Shown piece after piece: positions 36,701 to 46,699 of a DNA stretch of 64,000 nucleotides. Below the pieces are notes generated by a model. It was not told the origin of the DNA, did no database searches, and saw nothing but the letters and a program-made list of their open reading frames with translations. The stretch is from Eukaryota sp. TZLM1-RC (Eukaryota > Protista > Metamonada: BaSk clade), in contig JAUPSS010000003.1 in assembly GCA_040285825.1 (NCBI GenBank), positions 2,728,001 through 2,792,000 of the forward strand, given 5' to 3'. A program made the position numbers and the translations under genes. Position 1 is the stretch's first letter. Each line of letters starts with the position of its first letter.

Positions 36701-37226
36701 ACAAGAAGTAGACCCTTGTTTGGGTTTTGTTTCAATCATATGTACTTTATTGGAACATGATCCAGCCATTTCCCCTATTATTTCTTCATTTAAAGATTCT
36801 TTATTGACTGAAATATATAAGTTCGTTCCAGAATTTGAGTTTACAATGGACTACCCATCACTTTTGATTTCAAATCTTTTGTGTACTACCTGTAATATGT
36901 CTACATCCTTGGATTTGTGTAGAGAACCTTGGAATTGTAAAGATTGTGGTGCCCCGCTGAATGACGGCCATATTGAGTCTTTTATGGTGAACACCCTCAA
37001 TTCAGTAATCACAGCCTATCAAAAGCAAGATCTCGTTTGTTCACATTGCAAACTTGGTTCTTCGAGTTTGATAAATTCCCTTTGCAGTAATTGTCAAGGC
37101 ACTCTCAAGCTTTCAGTTACAGTTGATGATGTGAAGCACTTGGTCAAGCCATATAGGTATATTTTACAAGCAAAGGATGGTCAAAGTTTCCCTGCTCTAG
37201 AGGAAGTGTTGCAACTTTTTCCTTGA
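30759..37226 (+). CDS. POLE: DNA polymerase epsilon catalytic subunit
   Basis: 2155 aa. Exonuclease motifs AYDIET and YNGDFFD; WVKRDSYLPQGS; polymerase motifs HLDVGAMYPNII, KCILNSFYGY and ELDTDG; CysX motif (CLGC…C…C); C-terminal Cys clusters. Intronless. Confidence 0.98.
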   Translation: MPSARTTDYKEFVNELENGVSSLGWLYNIQQYSITDPELGVQRSAISCFFVSDTGSNFKVNIPFQPYFYIEVNSDSQHHPSASVLADVEHLLRRRLDNFAHIEQVIKEDLTKANHLIDRGATFLKVSFHNTLEHNTAVREVQKLLKIDSNSKLGGTTRNIIAIREFDVSLTQRATIDLNLRVGYWYKVFTELGHPSVELQSDLVERAQLRVLAYDIETTKAPLKFPDANVDVIMMISYMIDGHGYLITNREVVSEDISDFDFNPMPEYQGNFKVFNELNEKLLIERFIDHIKEEDPHVIVTYNGDFFDFPFVDKRAAHHGISLENLTGFSNTGTETSKQYTARSILHLDCFYWVKRDSYLPQGSHGLKAVTKAKLGFDPYEIDPELMVPYAKEKPQYLASYSVSDALCTYYLYFKYIHGFIFSLCNIVPYSPDEVLRKGSGALCEALLMARAFNDNIIAPDKQSDLGLKYGDDGFIIDTETYVGARVEALTSGVFRKDIPIKFDCNPDAFDELIDKLDGDLRFALEKEGGIQLSDVVNYEEIRDQIRQKLENLKNSPSRTECPLIYHLDVGAMYPNIILTNRLQPCSVVSERDCLGCGFNEPGAKCKRKMQWVWRGQMFPLKKGDFVQIKNQLLSEDPEFNSKTDAEKASLYRKRLSLKSRKTHTAIHKVVEEVRDVTICQKENPFYVNTVRMFRDRRYEYKAKQKQWKAKLSQCQSPLEIDHAKGMIVIYDSLQLAHKCILNSFYGYVMRSGSRWHSIEMAGVVTNTGVEIITQARKLVERIGVPLELDTDGIWCMLPSSFPEDHNFQLTNGKSYTISYPCVMLNADVDATFTNPQYHHEVLAEDQKPMFDKKGRPKYELKPECSIFFEVDGPYRAMILPASTEEGRLLKKRYAVFNDDGSLAELKGFEIKRRGELQLIKLFQQEVFKVFLEGNTLDECYKAVGSVANKWLTVLHSKGEMLQDEEVVDLLSESKNMSKNLSDYGDQKSVAITTAKKLAEWLGKSITEDSSLVCKFFISKYPAGLAVNERAVPVNIFHTSTEVQKEYLSRWCGVLDSYEIKSLIDWDYYLDRFETTVRKIITIPAALQKISNPCPLVNHPSWLQKNLKEEKQSKNQLNLIDLFAAGRKRNADQEEELKRSNIESFDESVPAAESINDEEVIDLEDGDNQSSNKSNPTKLSQMSLFGQTMKKVLVFPRNSSEVPDWIKNMKKSWEVKIEKRRERRNLFKKANFSFPAGCVHSRKQLLKLERESTSSMTSILGGSSSSKISSNSTVRSSSQRFGSIEERLASDTWNILSLIPLDKFGNFSAWVTIKGSLVSVNITLPRIFYIQSGSSDFPQGLPESVEIKKVSKSPPRGDTGQSFMFEVGMPEELFQERREKVTGIKYAKDVYGIFEIDVPLDFRAIVRLGAKCRVNNNVSRSLIRGLRLTNDGFALGDLIKVTGDPTTPLALENLSILYCTLVTAEKRSVAAVFSRRFKKLHIVFANATLKSGIAGNLTVDDVIACNQSFSDWNVSITNARSHAEIFAIFEKFILSEISYNSGTNFTFLVKQGDELSSKWNGSTYFPNITLSNSPKDVKSLNNSDSFTWMPNGLRMVIDQHSQVDSRLTSMIDYSLGVNIPLSNLSNDVVLQSSDVFLARLLNDDNHLLWTSDSSVVTSTSSIFKILNPNSDRVPVQSGVFRTTTVDIRLYFFFANALMTQSVTNSSNSLLENNDLQLQQSPCYSQLTKIVKFLNFCSNRAQSNLIESTICNEILKNFGRYISSNRSLLYDPELFSICERISALSLQNFCTFIKETRATVLLASTDSIKINTMKDSRQSAQHYVESLTEALAKNNEFANIELKAKQYLSPLLLIDATSFIGIIQSDSITHDGRPTGYLHLLNDSRFAEVADTVTKLLGYYLTVSQKLLNYVEDYSVNGTMPPFPFDPTMLLSFVQPFEGISEDHKLSVGALRGLFHGSFADNYDFRKVAGLVARKFFRKSKKQEVDPCLGFVSIICTLLEHDPAISPIISSFKDSLLTEIYKFVPEFEFTMDYPSLLISNLLCTTCNMSTSLDLCREPWNCKDCGAPLNDGHIESFMVNTLNSVITAYQKQDLVCSHCKLGSSSLINSLCSNCQGTLKLSVTVDDVKHLVKPYRYILQAKDGQSFPALEEVLQLFP

Positions 37227-37451
37227 GTTTTAATTAATAAAATTTGAATTTTACTACCTTGAGGTCATTTTCTTCACAAATTTCTTTCAAATGGATGGGG
37301 TCAACATGATGCATGAATCTGATACATTTTACTGTTGAAAAACAATGCTCAGCAAGTTGTTTTAGTAGTCTTGAGTTTATTAGTGACGAATACATAATAT
37401 TTAAACATGGGAACAATTGATGGAATTGGTGAAGTACCCATTGCAGCAGAA

Positions 37452-37525
37452 GCTCTCTTAGCTCAGTTGGTTAGAGAGTCGTGCTAGTAACGCGAAGGTC
37501 ACAGGTTCGATCCCTGTAGTGACCA
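37452..37525 (+). tRNA. Aberrant tRNA: AGT (Thr) anticodon on a tRNA-Ile-like body with acceptor-stem mismatches (possible pseudogene)
   Basis: 74-nt cloverleaf with anticodon at 37486-37488, intact A box (TAGCTCAGTTGG) and B box (GGTTCGATCC), and T4 downstream. Mismatches C2:C71, T5:T68 and G10:A25. Confidence 0.7.
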
Positions 37526-37719
37526 ATTTTATATGTGTCGGGACACTCTCTGAACTCTGAGTGTTCCGATTGGGCAAGTATTGACACTGGATACCACTCT
37601 ACACGCGTTGAAATTAATGACATTGCTGTTGTAAGGTTTTATGTTGTGGAAGCTTGTTTTGAGATTTTTAGATTGTAGTTTTAGAACCAAGATTCAATCA
37701 TTCAATAACCAATATTCCA

Positions 37720-38695
37720 GAAAAAAATGTTTTAAATTTGAAGTACACTCTTCGAACATTACAGAAACGATTGACTGGATTGTATGAAAATGATCTTTAT
37801 AATAGTATATGCAGATCGGCTGTTTTAAATCAAGATCTTCACTCATTGTTATTGGAAAAGGGTGTTTATGAAAACAAGTCATCAGATTCTTCACTTTTTG
37901 TAACCATTGTACCACGAAGATTTGGATTGTGTGCCACTAATGAAGCATTTGTAACAAAAATGAGATTTTATTTGAATATTCCCATTAATCAATTATTATC
38001 AAAAAAAATGTATTTGTTCGAATTCACCTCAACTCAATTTGCGCCATGCTCTGAATTGATAACTTATCGTTCTTCATTACATGATGCTGTTAGAGACACT
38101 GTTTTCAATATGGCACAAACTGCAAGGATATCGTGTATCAAAGAGCCCCTGCTGAAGGAAACACTTTCTCTGAATAATTTTGGTTCTGATGATAGAGGTG
38201 ATGTATACTGTGATTGGATTGATAACTCTGAAGCTATTGTTGACTTTGTCTCATGTAATGTTGCAAATGATACTTTGGTTCACAGAAAAAAAAACTTAAT
38301 CCTGTGGCTGCTCTGGATTTTAAAGCAAAAGAGAAACATAGAAAATATGATAAAGATATTGAAGAGACTAATGTCGATAGAAATACACAGCTGGTTTTTA
38401 TTGCTTTCCCATTTTCGATAAATGGAAGATTATCAGATGAAGCAGAAACTTTTTTGAATGACTTCCAAAAAATGGTGCAAGAAAAAACAATGAAAAGATT
38501 TGATATTTTTTATGGCGTTCACGGATTCAATTTGCCATTATTAATAGATTACTTCGGTTTTTCAATCGAATAAGAGAAGCTTTAGCTAGACAGCAAGCAG
38601 ATCAAGATTTTGTAGAGGAAATCTTGGTTCAATGATAGTCGTCCCATTAGTATTGAGTTAATTTAATTAAGTGTGCAAATTCAATCAATTAAATA
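37720..38695 (+). mobile_element. 5'-truncated RLE non-LTR retrotransposon, family C
   Basis: HDAVRDTVF…KEPLL…DRGDVYCD…IVDFVSC…KHRKYDK. Shares 3'UTR with 60870-61570. Frameshifted. Confidence 0.85.
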
Positions 38696-38734
38696 AGTTT
38701 TAGAAATAACTACAAAAAATTGTTTAAAAAAATA

Positions 38735-38782
38735 AATAGGCGCCCAAGTTTTTTGGCGCCCAACATTTTAGGATACACTGTA
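38735..38782. mobile_element. Isolated Tc1/pogo-type terminal inverted repeat end
   Basis: Ends …GGATACACTG|TA (reverse complement TA|CAGTGTATCC), with duplicated GGCGCCCAA subterminal motifs. Confidence 0.4.
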
Positions 38783-38879
38783 CAATCTACACGAATTTTT
38801 TTCTGTTCAGAACAGTGTTCGGATTTACCCTTTACACGTGTCATCACGTGTCCAGCTGTTTATTCGACAAAATCGTTGA

Positions 38880-39410
38880 TACAGTCTGCTTGCACTTTTA
38901 ATATGAGATTTCGTTCCTATATCTGGTAACTACGTGGCACTTGTTCAAGAATTAGTATCTTTATTATTTATCTCTTTTCTTCTTTTCACCTTTGGTATTT
39001 CTACCTAAAGGCATCATTTGCAGCTCTGTTGTAAAAAAACTTAAAAAAAATGTCAAAGTTTTGTGACAGCTTGGATTTTGATGTTAGACTTGGCTTGGCC
39101 AAGAAATGAATCCCGCTTTTGCAATTCCTTTACAAGAAATGTGATAGGGCATTTTCTGCCTTAGCAACATTAATTCCTCAAGTTAAAAGATTACATTTGT
39201 TGGGATGAATTAAAACCAACACCACCTAGCTGAACATCAGCAAAAATATGATTTTTCAAAATTGATGGATCAATTGACATTAAATAAGCCATAAAATTTG
39301 TACATAATTTGGTAAATTTTCTACAAAAATTGTACGTTAGGGATGGAAATAGTGTCCGAAGTAAATGGATAATTTTTCCAGCATAACATATTTTCAAAAG
39401 AAAAGATTTA
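38880..39410. mobile_element. Scrambled non-LTR fragments (family A on +, RT-distal region on -)
   Basis: AATATGAGATTTCGTTCC and TTGGATTTTGATGTTAGACTTGGCTTGGCCAAG match family A. The minus ORF KICYAGKIIHLLRT…LGGVGF matches the post-RT region. Confidence 0.65.
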
Positions 39411-39526
39411 AGATCAATGGCCTATAGAACAGGCGCAACCTGATTGTACAATTGAAATTTGTCCCAGTATCAATTCATCATTTTTTGGATCAACGAAAGT
39501 GGATAGCTTTGAGTTACACATAAGAT

Positions 39527-39528
<2 letters not shown>

Positions 39529-39560
<32 letters not shown>
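39529..39560. repeat. (TAA)n microsatellite
   Basis: About 10-11 perfect TAA units. Confidence 0.9.
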
Positions 39561-39561
<1 letters not shown>

Positions 39562-40544
39562 GGAATATCAACAATGGGCCTTCAAAACAGGGTTCAGTTT
39601 ACAGGGCTTTCCCCAAGAAGTATAATTTAAAATATAATATCAGAGTCTTGAATTGTTATTGTAAAATTTAAATTTTTTGGTTGAATCATTTCCTTTTGAA
39701 GTTTCAGCAAGAAGAATAGTTGCTAATAGCTGCATTTTATTGATGAAAAGTTCACTCATTTCAAAGACTACAAAACTGTCTGTAAAAAAATGGCATTTCA
39801 AGGTCCCAAATGATCGTACCGCTTCTTTTCTACTAGAGAATCTCGTATAAAGTTGTCTAAAGAAGAAGAATGATAGAAACGTCATACGCGGTGACTCAAA
39901 GTGTTGCAAGCTCAGATCTTTCACGTTGGTTGTTAATAGGCAAATTCTTTCTTTTGTAATTAACAAAACGTATTTTATATATATTCGTTTATGAAACATA
40001 CAATTCTGAGTTTGTCAAATATTGGGCCCAAAAACTTTAGCATTTTTGCATTTGTAACCCAAAATTTGACGGGTCAATGTTTTTGGCTCTAAAAACCATT
40101 CTAGCCATTACAATGTTGACAGTAGCTAAACTTGACTTTCCTGTTATGGATAGTGTATCACGTCATCATTAGTTTAATTAGAAATATTTTATTTTATCTC
40201 TTGATTGCTTTCATTCTGTCCATAATCTTCCTGTCATTTTGTTTATGTTGAATAGTGCATGAAAAACAACAGTATATACCGGCACCCGTAACGGATCTGT
40301 CCTACTTCCGGCTCATGTCCAGAACTCCATACACTTGATAGCTCCCTACTTAAGTCATACCGGTCGATGTTCCGTCTCCCGCTATGTGGATGCCTTTAAA
40401 GTTTATGCGCAACGTAAGTCGGCTCATGTCTTGTCAGACATAACAAAATACCCGTCTGCCCCTCACTCGCAGTGCTCCCCCTTCAGAGATGTCGTAAAAC
40501 CCTCTTCCACCCCTGAGCAGAATAAAACCATTGTTGCTCTCTTT

Positions 40545-41670
40545 CTATTATCGGTTCTGTTGAAAGCATTTGTACGGTTTCTGAAGGCATTACTGCTAAA
40601 TACAACGATATTGGATTTGCTTTGAATCCATCTATATGTCTCTTGGTTGGTAGAGAAAAAACAATCTTTAGTGATTAGTGGTGCTCAGATTCCTAAGATA
40701 AAACATGACCAACAATCGTTTAAGTTTCTTGGATGTTGGCTTGGTAATTGGGATAAAATTTATTTTTTAGTTAAACAATTTATTGGAGAAATTTGGCCAA
40801 AATCTTAGATTTATTGCTGAATGCCACATTGAAAAACACATCAAATTCTTAATTTCAGAAATTTGTTATTCGGGAAAATTCACTCATATTTGAGGTCAAA
40901 TCCCCCCTCGGTATCTCTTAGTTTTTGCAGGTCTTTCAACGAACTTGGGGTCAAAATTTTTTCTTTATTGGAAGTAAATGAATCTTTGATTCATTGATTT
41001 TTGTTTACTCATCTTTTGAACTGTAAACATTTTATATCATTTAGAAGTAAAGCGCATAATAATGTCAGTGACCAAATTTATGTAATGTGTAAATCATATC
41101 GAGTAGATTCCTTTTCAGAGCCTTTGTTATCAAAATTAATTCTTGATGACCCCAATATTGATAGTACGCGCTACAACTCAGCTTCTACGGGTCTGACAAG
41201 AGATGATTTGGTTGTTCCTGGCTTAAATGGTAGTTTTACCTTTTCAGATGTCATGTCCATAGACTTTTATAATTGATCTAACGATCATTTCATTAATTCA
41301 GATGTCAATAATTCCATTCTTGCTGGCAAAACTACAAAATTGCCAAATATGCAAAACCTATTTCTTCTGTCACTAAAAATTATCATGTTCAATATAATCT
41401 ATGTCCCATGATGTTTTCCTTGCTTGGTTCTTGAGGTAAGGCTGCTATGGCTTTCCTCGAGGATTTTGATGCAGTTGTGAAAAAAAGAACTGGAAGAATT
41501 TTGAATCTTGTATAATGGCAAAACAGGATTGTATTTTCTATTTTTAAGGAAAAATGAAATTAATTCTGATTCACTCTCTTCTTTTGGGAAATTTTTTGAA
41601 TCTTTAGTAATTAATTGTTTTGATTTAGGGGAGGCAGATTTTGAGGATGTGGAGCTTTTGTTTTGTCTTT
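40545..41670 (+). mobile_element. Decayed, internally deleted RLE non-LTR retrotransposon (further family)
   Basis: IIGS…YNDIGFALNPS.CLLVG, FKFLGCWLG, IEKHIKF, HLLNCKHF…EPLL…R.DLVVPGLNG…DVMS, and WQNRIVFSIF. Confidence 0.75.
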
Positions 41671-42494
41671 CATGATTTTTATTTTTTATTAGATAAATAA
41701 ATGACGTTTTTATAAAAAGAAATATAAGCTGAAAGAAGTCTTCGCAAAACATTGATTAATTTTCTCATATTACCAAAATTTTTGGACCAAAATTTGTCAC
41801 AAACGCGGTGGATATTGGATAAAACATTGGTGTAGAACCCCTTTTGTCAATTAACGTAGGTATCTCACCGGTGAGTACCTGTATATAAAATTGGTTTAAA
41901 TAGAATTATCTTTATCTGAACTTCTTTACACGATACACAATGTAACCACAACCAGCATGCCTTCTGGTCACATAACATAAACGGTAACTGAAGAGAGACT
42001 TTTGTAACTGAATAAACGCTAAATTTACTCAAATAAAAAGGAAAAGATCGACCATAAAATACTGACATTCGCTGTATATAAGGTGATTACAACACATCTA
42101 GAGATAGGAATTTGCCATCTAGGTTTAGTTCATGTTATTACCATTGTTTCTGTTATTCTACTTACTTCATTGTTGAGATTTAATAAAATAAGCCTTTTCT
42201 ATGAATGAAGGGGCTACTATAACGAGGGGGCTATTAATCCGTCAAGGGGCTTCAATTTCTATTTTACTTTAGTTTATCAATGTTCAAAAATTCCAATCTC
42301 TTAACTTATCCACAAAACATTCTGAAAACAACGCAAATTTGGATGCTTTTTGGATGTAAAAAATCCTTCTATCAATGTTTGGAATACAACCAAATCAGTA
42401 GTTTTCAACACAGCACCGTAAAAGTTTTGCTACAATTTTACACAATGGGCAAATAACCAGAATGTAACATCATTTCAAGTGACTTTTACAACAC

Positions 42495-42940
42495 TACCGT
42501 GTTTCGAAAAATTATGGACCCACAAAAATAGGCGATTCAAAAGATTGGCGAATTTTCAAAGGTATTCAAAAATTCGCCATTATTTTTCGCCCATTATTTA
42601 TTTTGAACAATAAAAAAAATCAAAAATACCAGATTTACTTAAGAATCAATACTATAAAATTCAACAATAATGTAGTCCTCTTCTGAAGACAAATCATCTG
42701 CATCAATCCATTCAGGTCGATTTAATGCTTCAATTACAACTTCATTACCACCAGGATTCATCAAACTCTGCTCAATGGTTTCATTAATCTTTCTCCAGCC
42801 TTCTTGATGATATTGGAGACAATTTGATTTATATTGCCATGCCTCAATAATCCATTCTCCAATTTTGGGCTTAATAATGGAGGTGGCTACATCTAATATG
42901 AACAAAGGAGCTTTTAAATTGAAATTTGTATTTTGCATTC
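42495..42940 (-). mobile_element. pogo/Tc2-like DNA transposon 3' remnant
   Basis: ORF IIKPKIGEWIIEAWQY…GWRKI plus acidic tail resembles the C-terminus of DDE_1 transposases. TA|CCGTGTTTCGAAAA TIR-like end at 42495. Confidence 0.45.
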
Positions 42941-43000
42941 AATTTACATTCTTTATTTATAATTATTTATATATTTTAATTTTAATTACAAATTATGTTG

Positions 43001-46000
43001 TTTTTTTTTAAATTTAATTTTATTCTAAACCTATAAATCAACATCTAAAAAATCCATCTCTCCCAAAACAAAAACACTAGATGCAACTCTCTCATAGTGA
43101 GATCCAAGAGAAAGCAAAGCATCAGAAACCATCTTCAACATCCCCTTAAAAATAGAAAACACAATTCTATTTTGCCAAAACAATCTGTGGAAATTTCTGC
43201 CAGTTCTTCTCTTTACAATCATTTCAAAATCATCCAAAAAACGTAAAGCAGTTGGTGCAAGTGAACCAAAAAGGGAAAATACAAATGGATACAAATTGTA
43301 TTTTGCATGCTGTAGACTGGCCAATTTGGACAAAGGTTCATTGTATTTTTTGAATTTAAAATTTTCAGCATTTGAAAGGGGATTATGAATTTCAGAATTA
43401 ACAAGCCTTTCATTTGAGGCATTACAAGGATCAACAGACATTACATCCAATAAAATGAAACTTCCATCTAATCCAGGTAATATAACATCACCTCTATTGT
43501 TCTTATGAAAATCATCAGTATCAAACAGATTTGACAACAAAGGTTCCAAGAAGGATTCAATTCTATGAGATTTACACATACAATATAACTGGTCTCTTAC
43601 AGCATCATGAACCTTGCTTCTAAAAGTAATAAAATGTTTACAATTTAACAAATGAGTAGTTGTAATTTCTCGAGAACATTTACAAATTAAATTATGAGGT
43701 AAATTATCAGGCCAGATAAAGGAACGAAATCTCATATTCAGAGTCCAAGCAGAATCGGATAAGAGAGTACCATAAACTTGTGGAATTGTTGTTACTAAGG
43801 CAGAAGAAGTACTGTCACACATATCTTGTAAAAGATTTGCAAAAGCGGGATTCTTTTTCTTGGCCAAGCCAAGTCTAACATCAAAATCCAAGCTTTCAAA
43901 AATCTTTGACAATTTTTGTTGAAGCTTTTTACAGCAAAACTGTAAATTAAATAGAGATCGGTTTGGAATTTCTTGAATTGATTGAGGAAAACAATTGGTC
44001 CAAATTTGTGGCGGTAATTTTTCAAGTTCACAAGATAACTCATACAAATAGGGACTACAATTGGGGACTAACAGATGAGAATCATCAGGAAATCTACGAG
44101 AAAATTCATAAATAAAATTTTGCCACCACCCAAGAATGCTGATTGACACAAAATTGAAGATTTAGTAAAACCAATACCACCCAAATTTGCTGAAGAAAAT
44201 AAATGGCTTTTCAACATTCCTGGTTCTACATCCAATAAATCAGCAAAAAATTCTGTTCTCAATGAATTGAAAGAACGACAAAAATCTAATGCTATGGAAG
44301 GAGCACAAGATCTCAAAATGTGGGTTATTCTCCCAGTGTAGCAAATTTTAAGCATGAAAAATTTAATATGCTTTTCTATATCTAAAGAAGAAATTGAATC
44401 AAGTTCAATTTTCATTTTTTCCAAAATAACTTGCAATTCATTCTGAATTTGAGGCACATTTCCTAACCAACAACCAAGGAACTTAAAAGCATCACTACTA
44501 TAATTAGTAAAAGGGACAATAGAATCGTTTATCACGAGGTCTTGAGCAGAAGAGCCAATCAGAAGACATTTGCTGGCATTAAGATGAAGCCCAATATTTT
44601 CATATGAATCGGCAATTTCTTGAGCAACCAATTCTAGTAAATCAAATGAACCAATCAAGGATATATCATCCATATAAGCAACTATTTTTATAGAAGGGTA
44701 TTTTTGCTTAATGATATTTAAAGTTTTGTGAATAGCTAAACAAAACAATAATGGGCCTAAAGGATCTCCCTGCTTCACTCCAGAAGATGATTTAAGACCA
44801 AATGAATTAAAAATTAAATCTGATTCTTTCCCATAAAAATGGTAGAAAAAAACTCGATAGCTCAGGAAAATCAGATTTAATAACTTCAAAAATTGCTTCT
44901 CGCTTTACAGAATTAAAAGCATTTTTAAAGTCGAGATTAAAAATAAAATTATTTTTCTCTGCATTAAAAAAGGTATCAGAGGCAATAGCAGCAACAGAAG
45001 CACCATCAATTGTTTTGATTCCAAATTGATGAGGATTCAAAAATGTAGAAGCTTTGTCTTTGACACGATCGAAGACAATTGATGCTAGCAAACGAGAAAG
45101 AGATTCACCAACAGCAATTGGGCGTATTCCATCAGGTTTGATTCCGTTTCCAGGCTTTACTAAAGCAATCAGACGTGCTGCGAGTAATTCAAATGGAGGA
45201 TTAATTTTCAAAACAATCAATTGTTGAAAATAGTGGGCTAGATCATCAGCAATTTCGGGAGCACTGGAACACGCTATTTTTAACAGATCAAAAGAAATTC
45301 CAGATGGGCCTGCTGCTTTCCCCTTTGGCAATTTTTGAATAGCTTTAAGAACTTCCATTGCAGTAATAGGATTTTCAATCCAAAAAGGACACACTTCAGG
45401 CTTGCTGCACTTGAAATTTTCTTGAGGATGCAACTTTTGAAGTTTTTCAAGGGTATCAGAGTTTGCATCAGCCAAAGAAGAGGAAAACAAAGACTGCTTT
45501 GCGGCACCATAACGACCACGTAAGCACAATTTACGGCAAATTTTTGATTTTACAATTTTTCTATTTCCAAATTTTTTCTTAAAACAATTTTTGTTTTTTC
45601 TAGCAAAATATTTCCAGAAGGATGAAATATTCCACTTATTATTTTTCAATTCAGAAGTAAAATTTCTCATTTCCATTGAGAAGGGGATTGTGCTGGCGGG
45701 ACTTATTTCTACTGGGATCCGGATCGGGGGTCTTACGGTATCAACGGCTTTTACAATTCGTACAAAACAGAAGTTTTCGACCATTTCGTGAATCTGCAAC
45801 ATCTTTTTTGCAAAATGGACAACAAAAATTACTGTTTTCAGAAGGGGAAGAAGAGGGAACACTAGAAGCATTTAACTGTTGATCGTCAGAAACATTATTT
45901 TCAGCACCTTTCACAACGGCAACAGCTGGAACAGAACATTTGAGAATTTGTTGAGCAGATTTTAATTCAAATTCTCTTTTTGTTTCTCAGGGCACGTTCT

Positions 46001-46480
46001 CGAATTATGACCACTGATACCACAAATCGAACATTTTTTTAGAACCTTTTAATGGCAGTGGTTTCATTTTTTTCAGTTCTTTCAATTTTGTCAATTTTTG
46101 AGTTAAAAGTAGAAATAGACTTTTGACTTTTTGCAGTTTCAGCTGGAGAAAACAAATTTCGAGAAACGGAGTTGTTAATAGAACGCGCAACAGAACGCAA
46201 GGAACGTAATGGTGGTTTTTCTGTGTTTTTTCTGGTACAATGATCAGTTTTTGAATGAAAATTTTTTTGAGATGAATTTCGAGCATAGCTTGTATTGTGG
46301 GGAGAGTGGGGAAGTGGAGTGGATGAGCTTGATCTGACTGGTAGAATCTTTGCTTGGGCGTTCCAATCAGTATCAGAGTCACTATCAGCCAAAGGCATCG
46401 TTTTGACAGAGAAACAGTACGACTTTGACGCCTTGACAGAAAGTGAAATATGAAAGGGTTGACTAAGGGAGGGAGAAAAA
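43001..46480 (-). mobile_element. CRE-like RLE non-LTR retrotransposon with both ends, family A (frameshifted)
   Basis: One interrupted ORF from 46398 to 43031: N-terminal CCHC knuckle, RT (GIRPIAVGE, LDFKNAFN, GVKQGDPLGPLLF, AYMDD), CKC-x7-H-x3-C finger, and RLE (RGD…LLDV…K..KY). Short 3'UTR and A9 tail (43001-43009). Flanked by direct repeat AAATTATGTTG(TT) at 42990-43000 and 46481-46491. Confidence 0.92.
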
Positions 46481-46554
46481 AAATTATGTTGTTCAAAGTG
46501 TTATTAAATTCATATTTTATGGGTTCATAATTTTCAGGAACGTTTAAATTCATA

Positions 46555-46628
46555 GTTTCTGTGGTCTAGTTGGTTAGGATATCTGTCTAACACACAGATG
46601 GTCCCGAGTTCGAGTCTCGGCGGAAACA
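46555..46628 (+). tRNA. tRNA-Val(AAC)
   Basis: Cloverleaf with acceptor GTTTCTG/CGGAAAC, anticodon stem TCTGT/ACAGA, anticodon AAC at 46589-46591, T arm CCGAG-TTCGAGT-CTCGG, and T5 terminator immediately downstream. Confidence 0.95.
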
Positions 46629-46699
46629 GTTTTTGAAATTTTGCGAGACAATGGACAGATTTCCTATTTATTTATTTATTTGCAATTTAGGTTTTCAGT

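Noticed and set aside
44068-44889. Programmed frameshifts in the family A element
   Set aside because: The shifts lie inside the RT region. The sister copy near 22220 has the in-frame GGC AAG AAT, and the other shift is in a T homopolymer, so these are mutations or errors.
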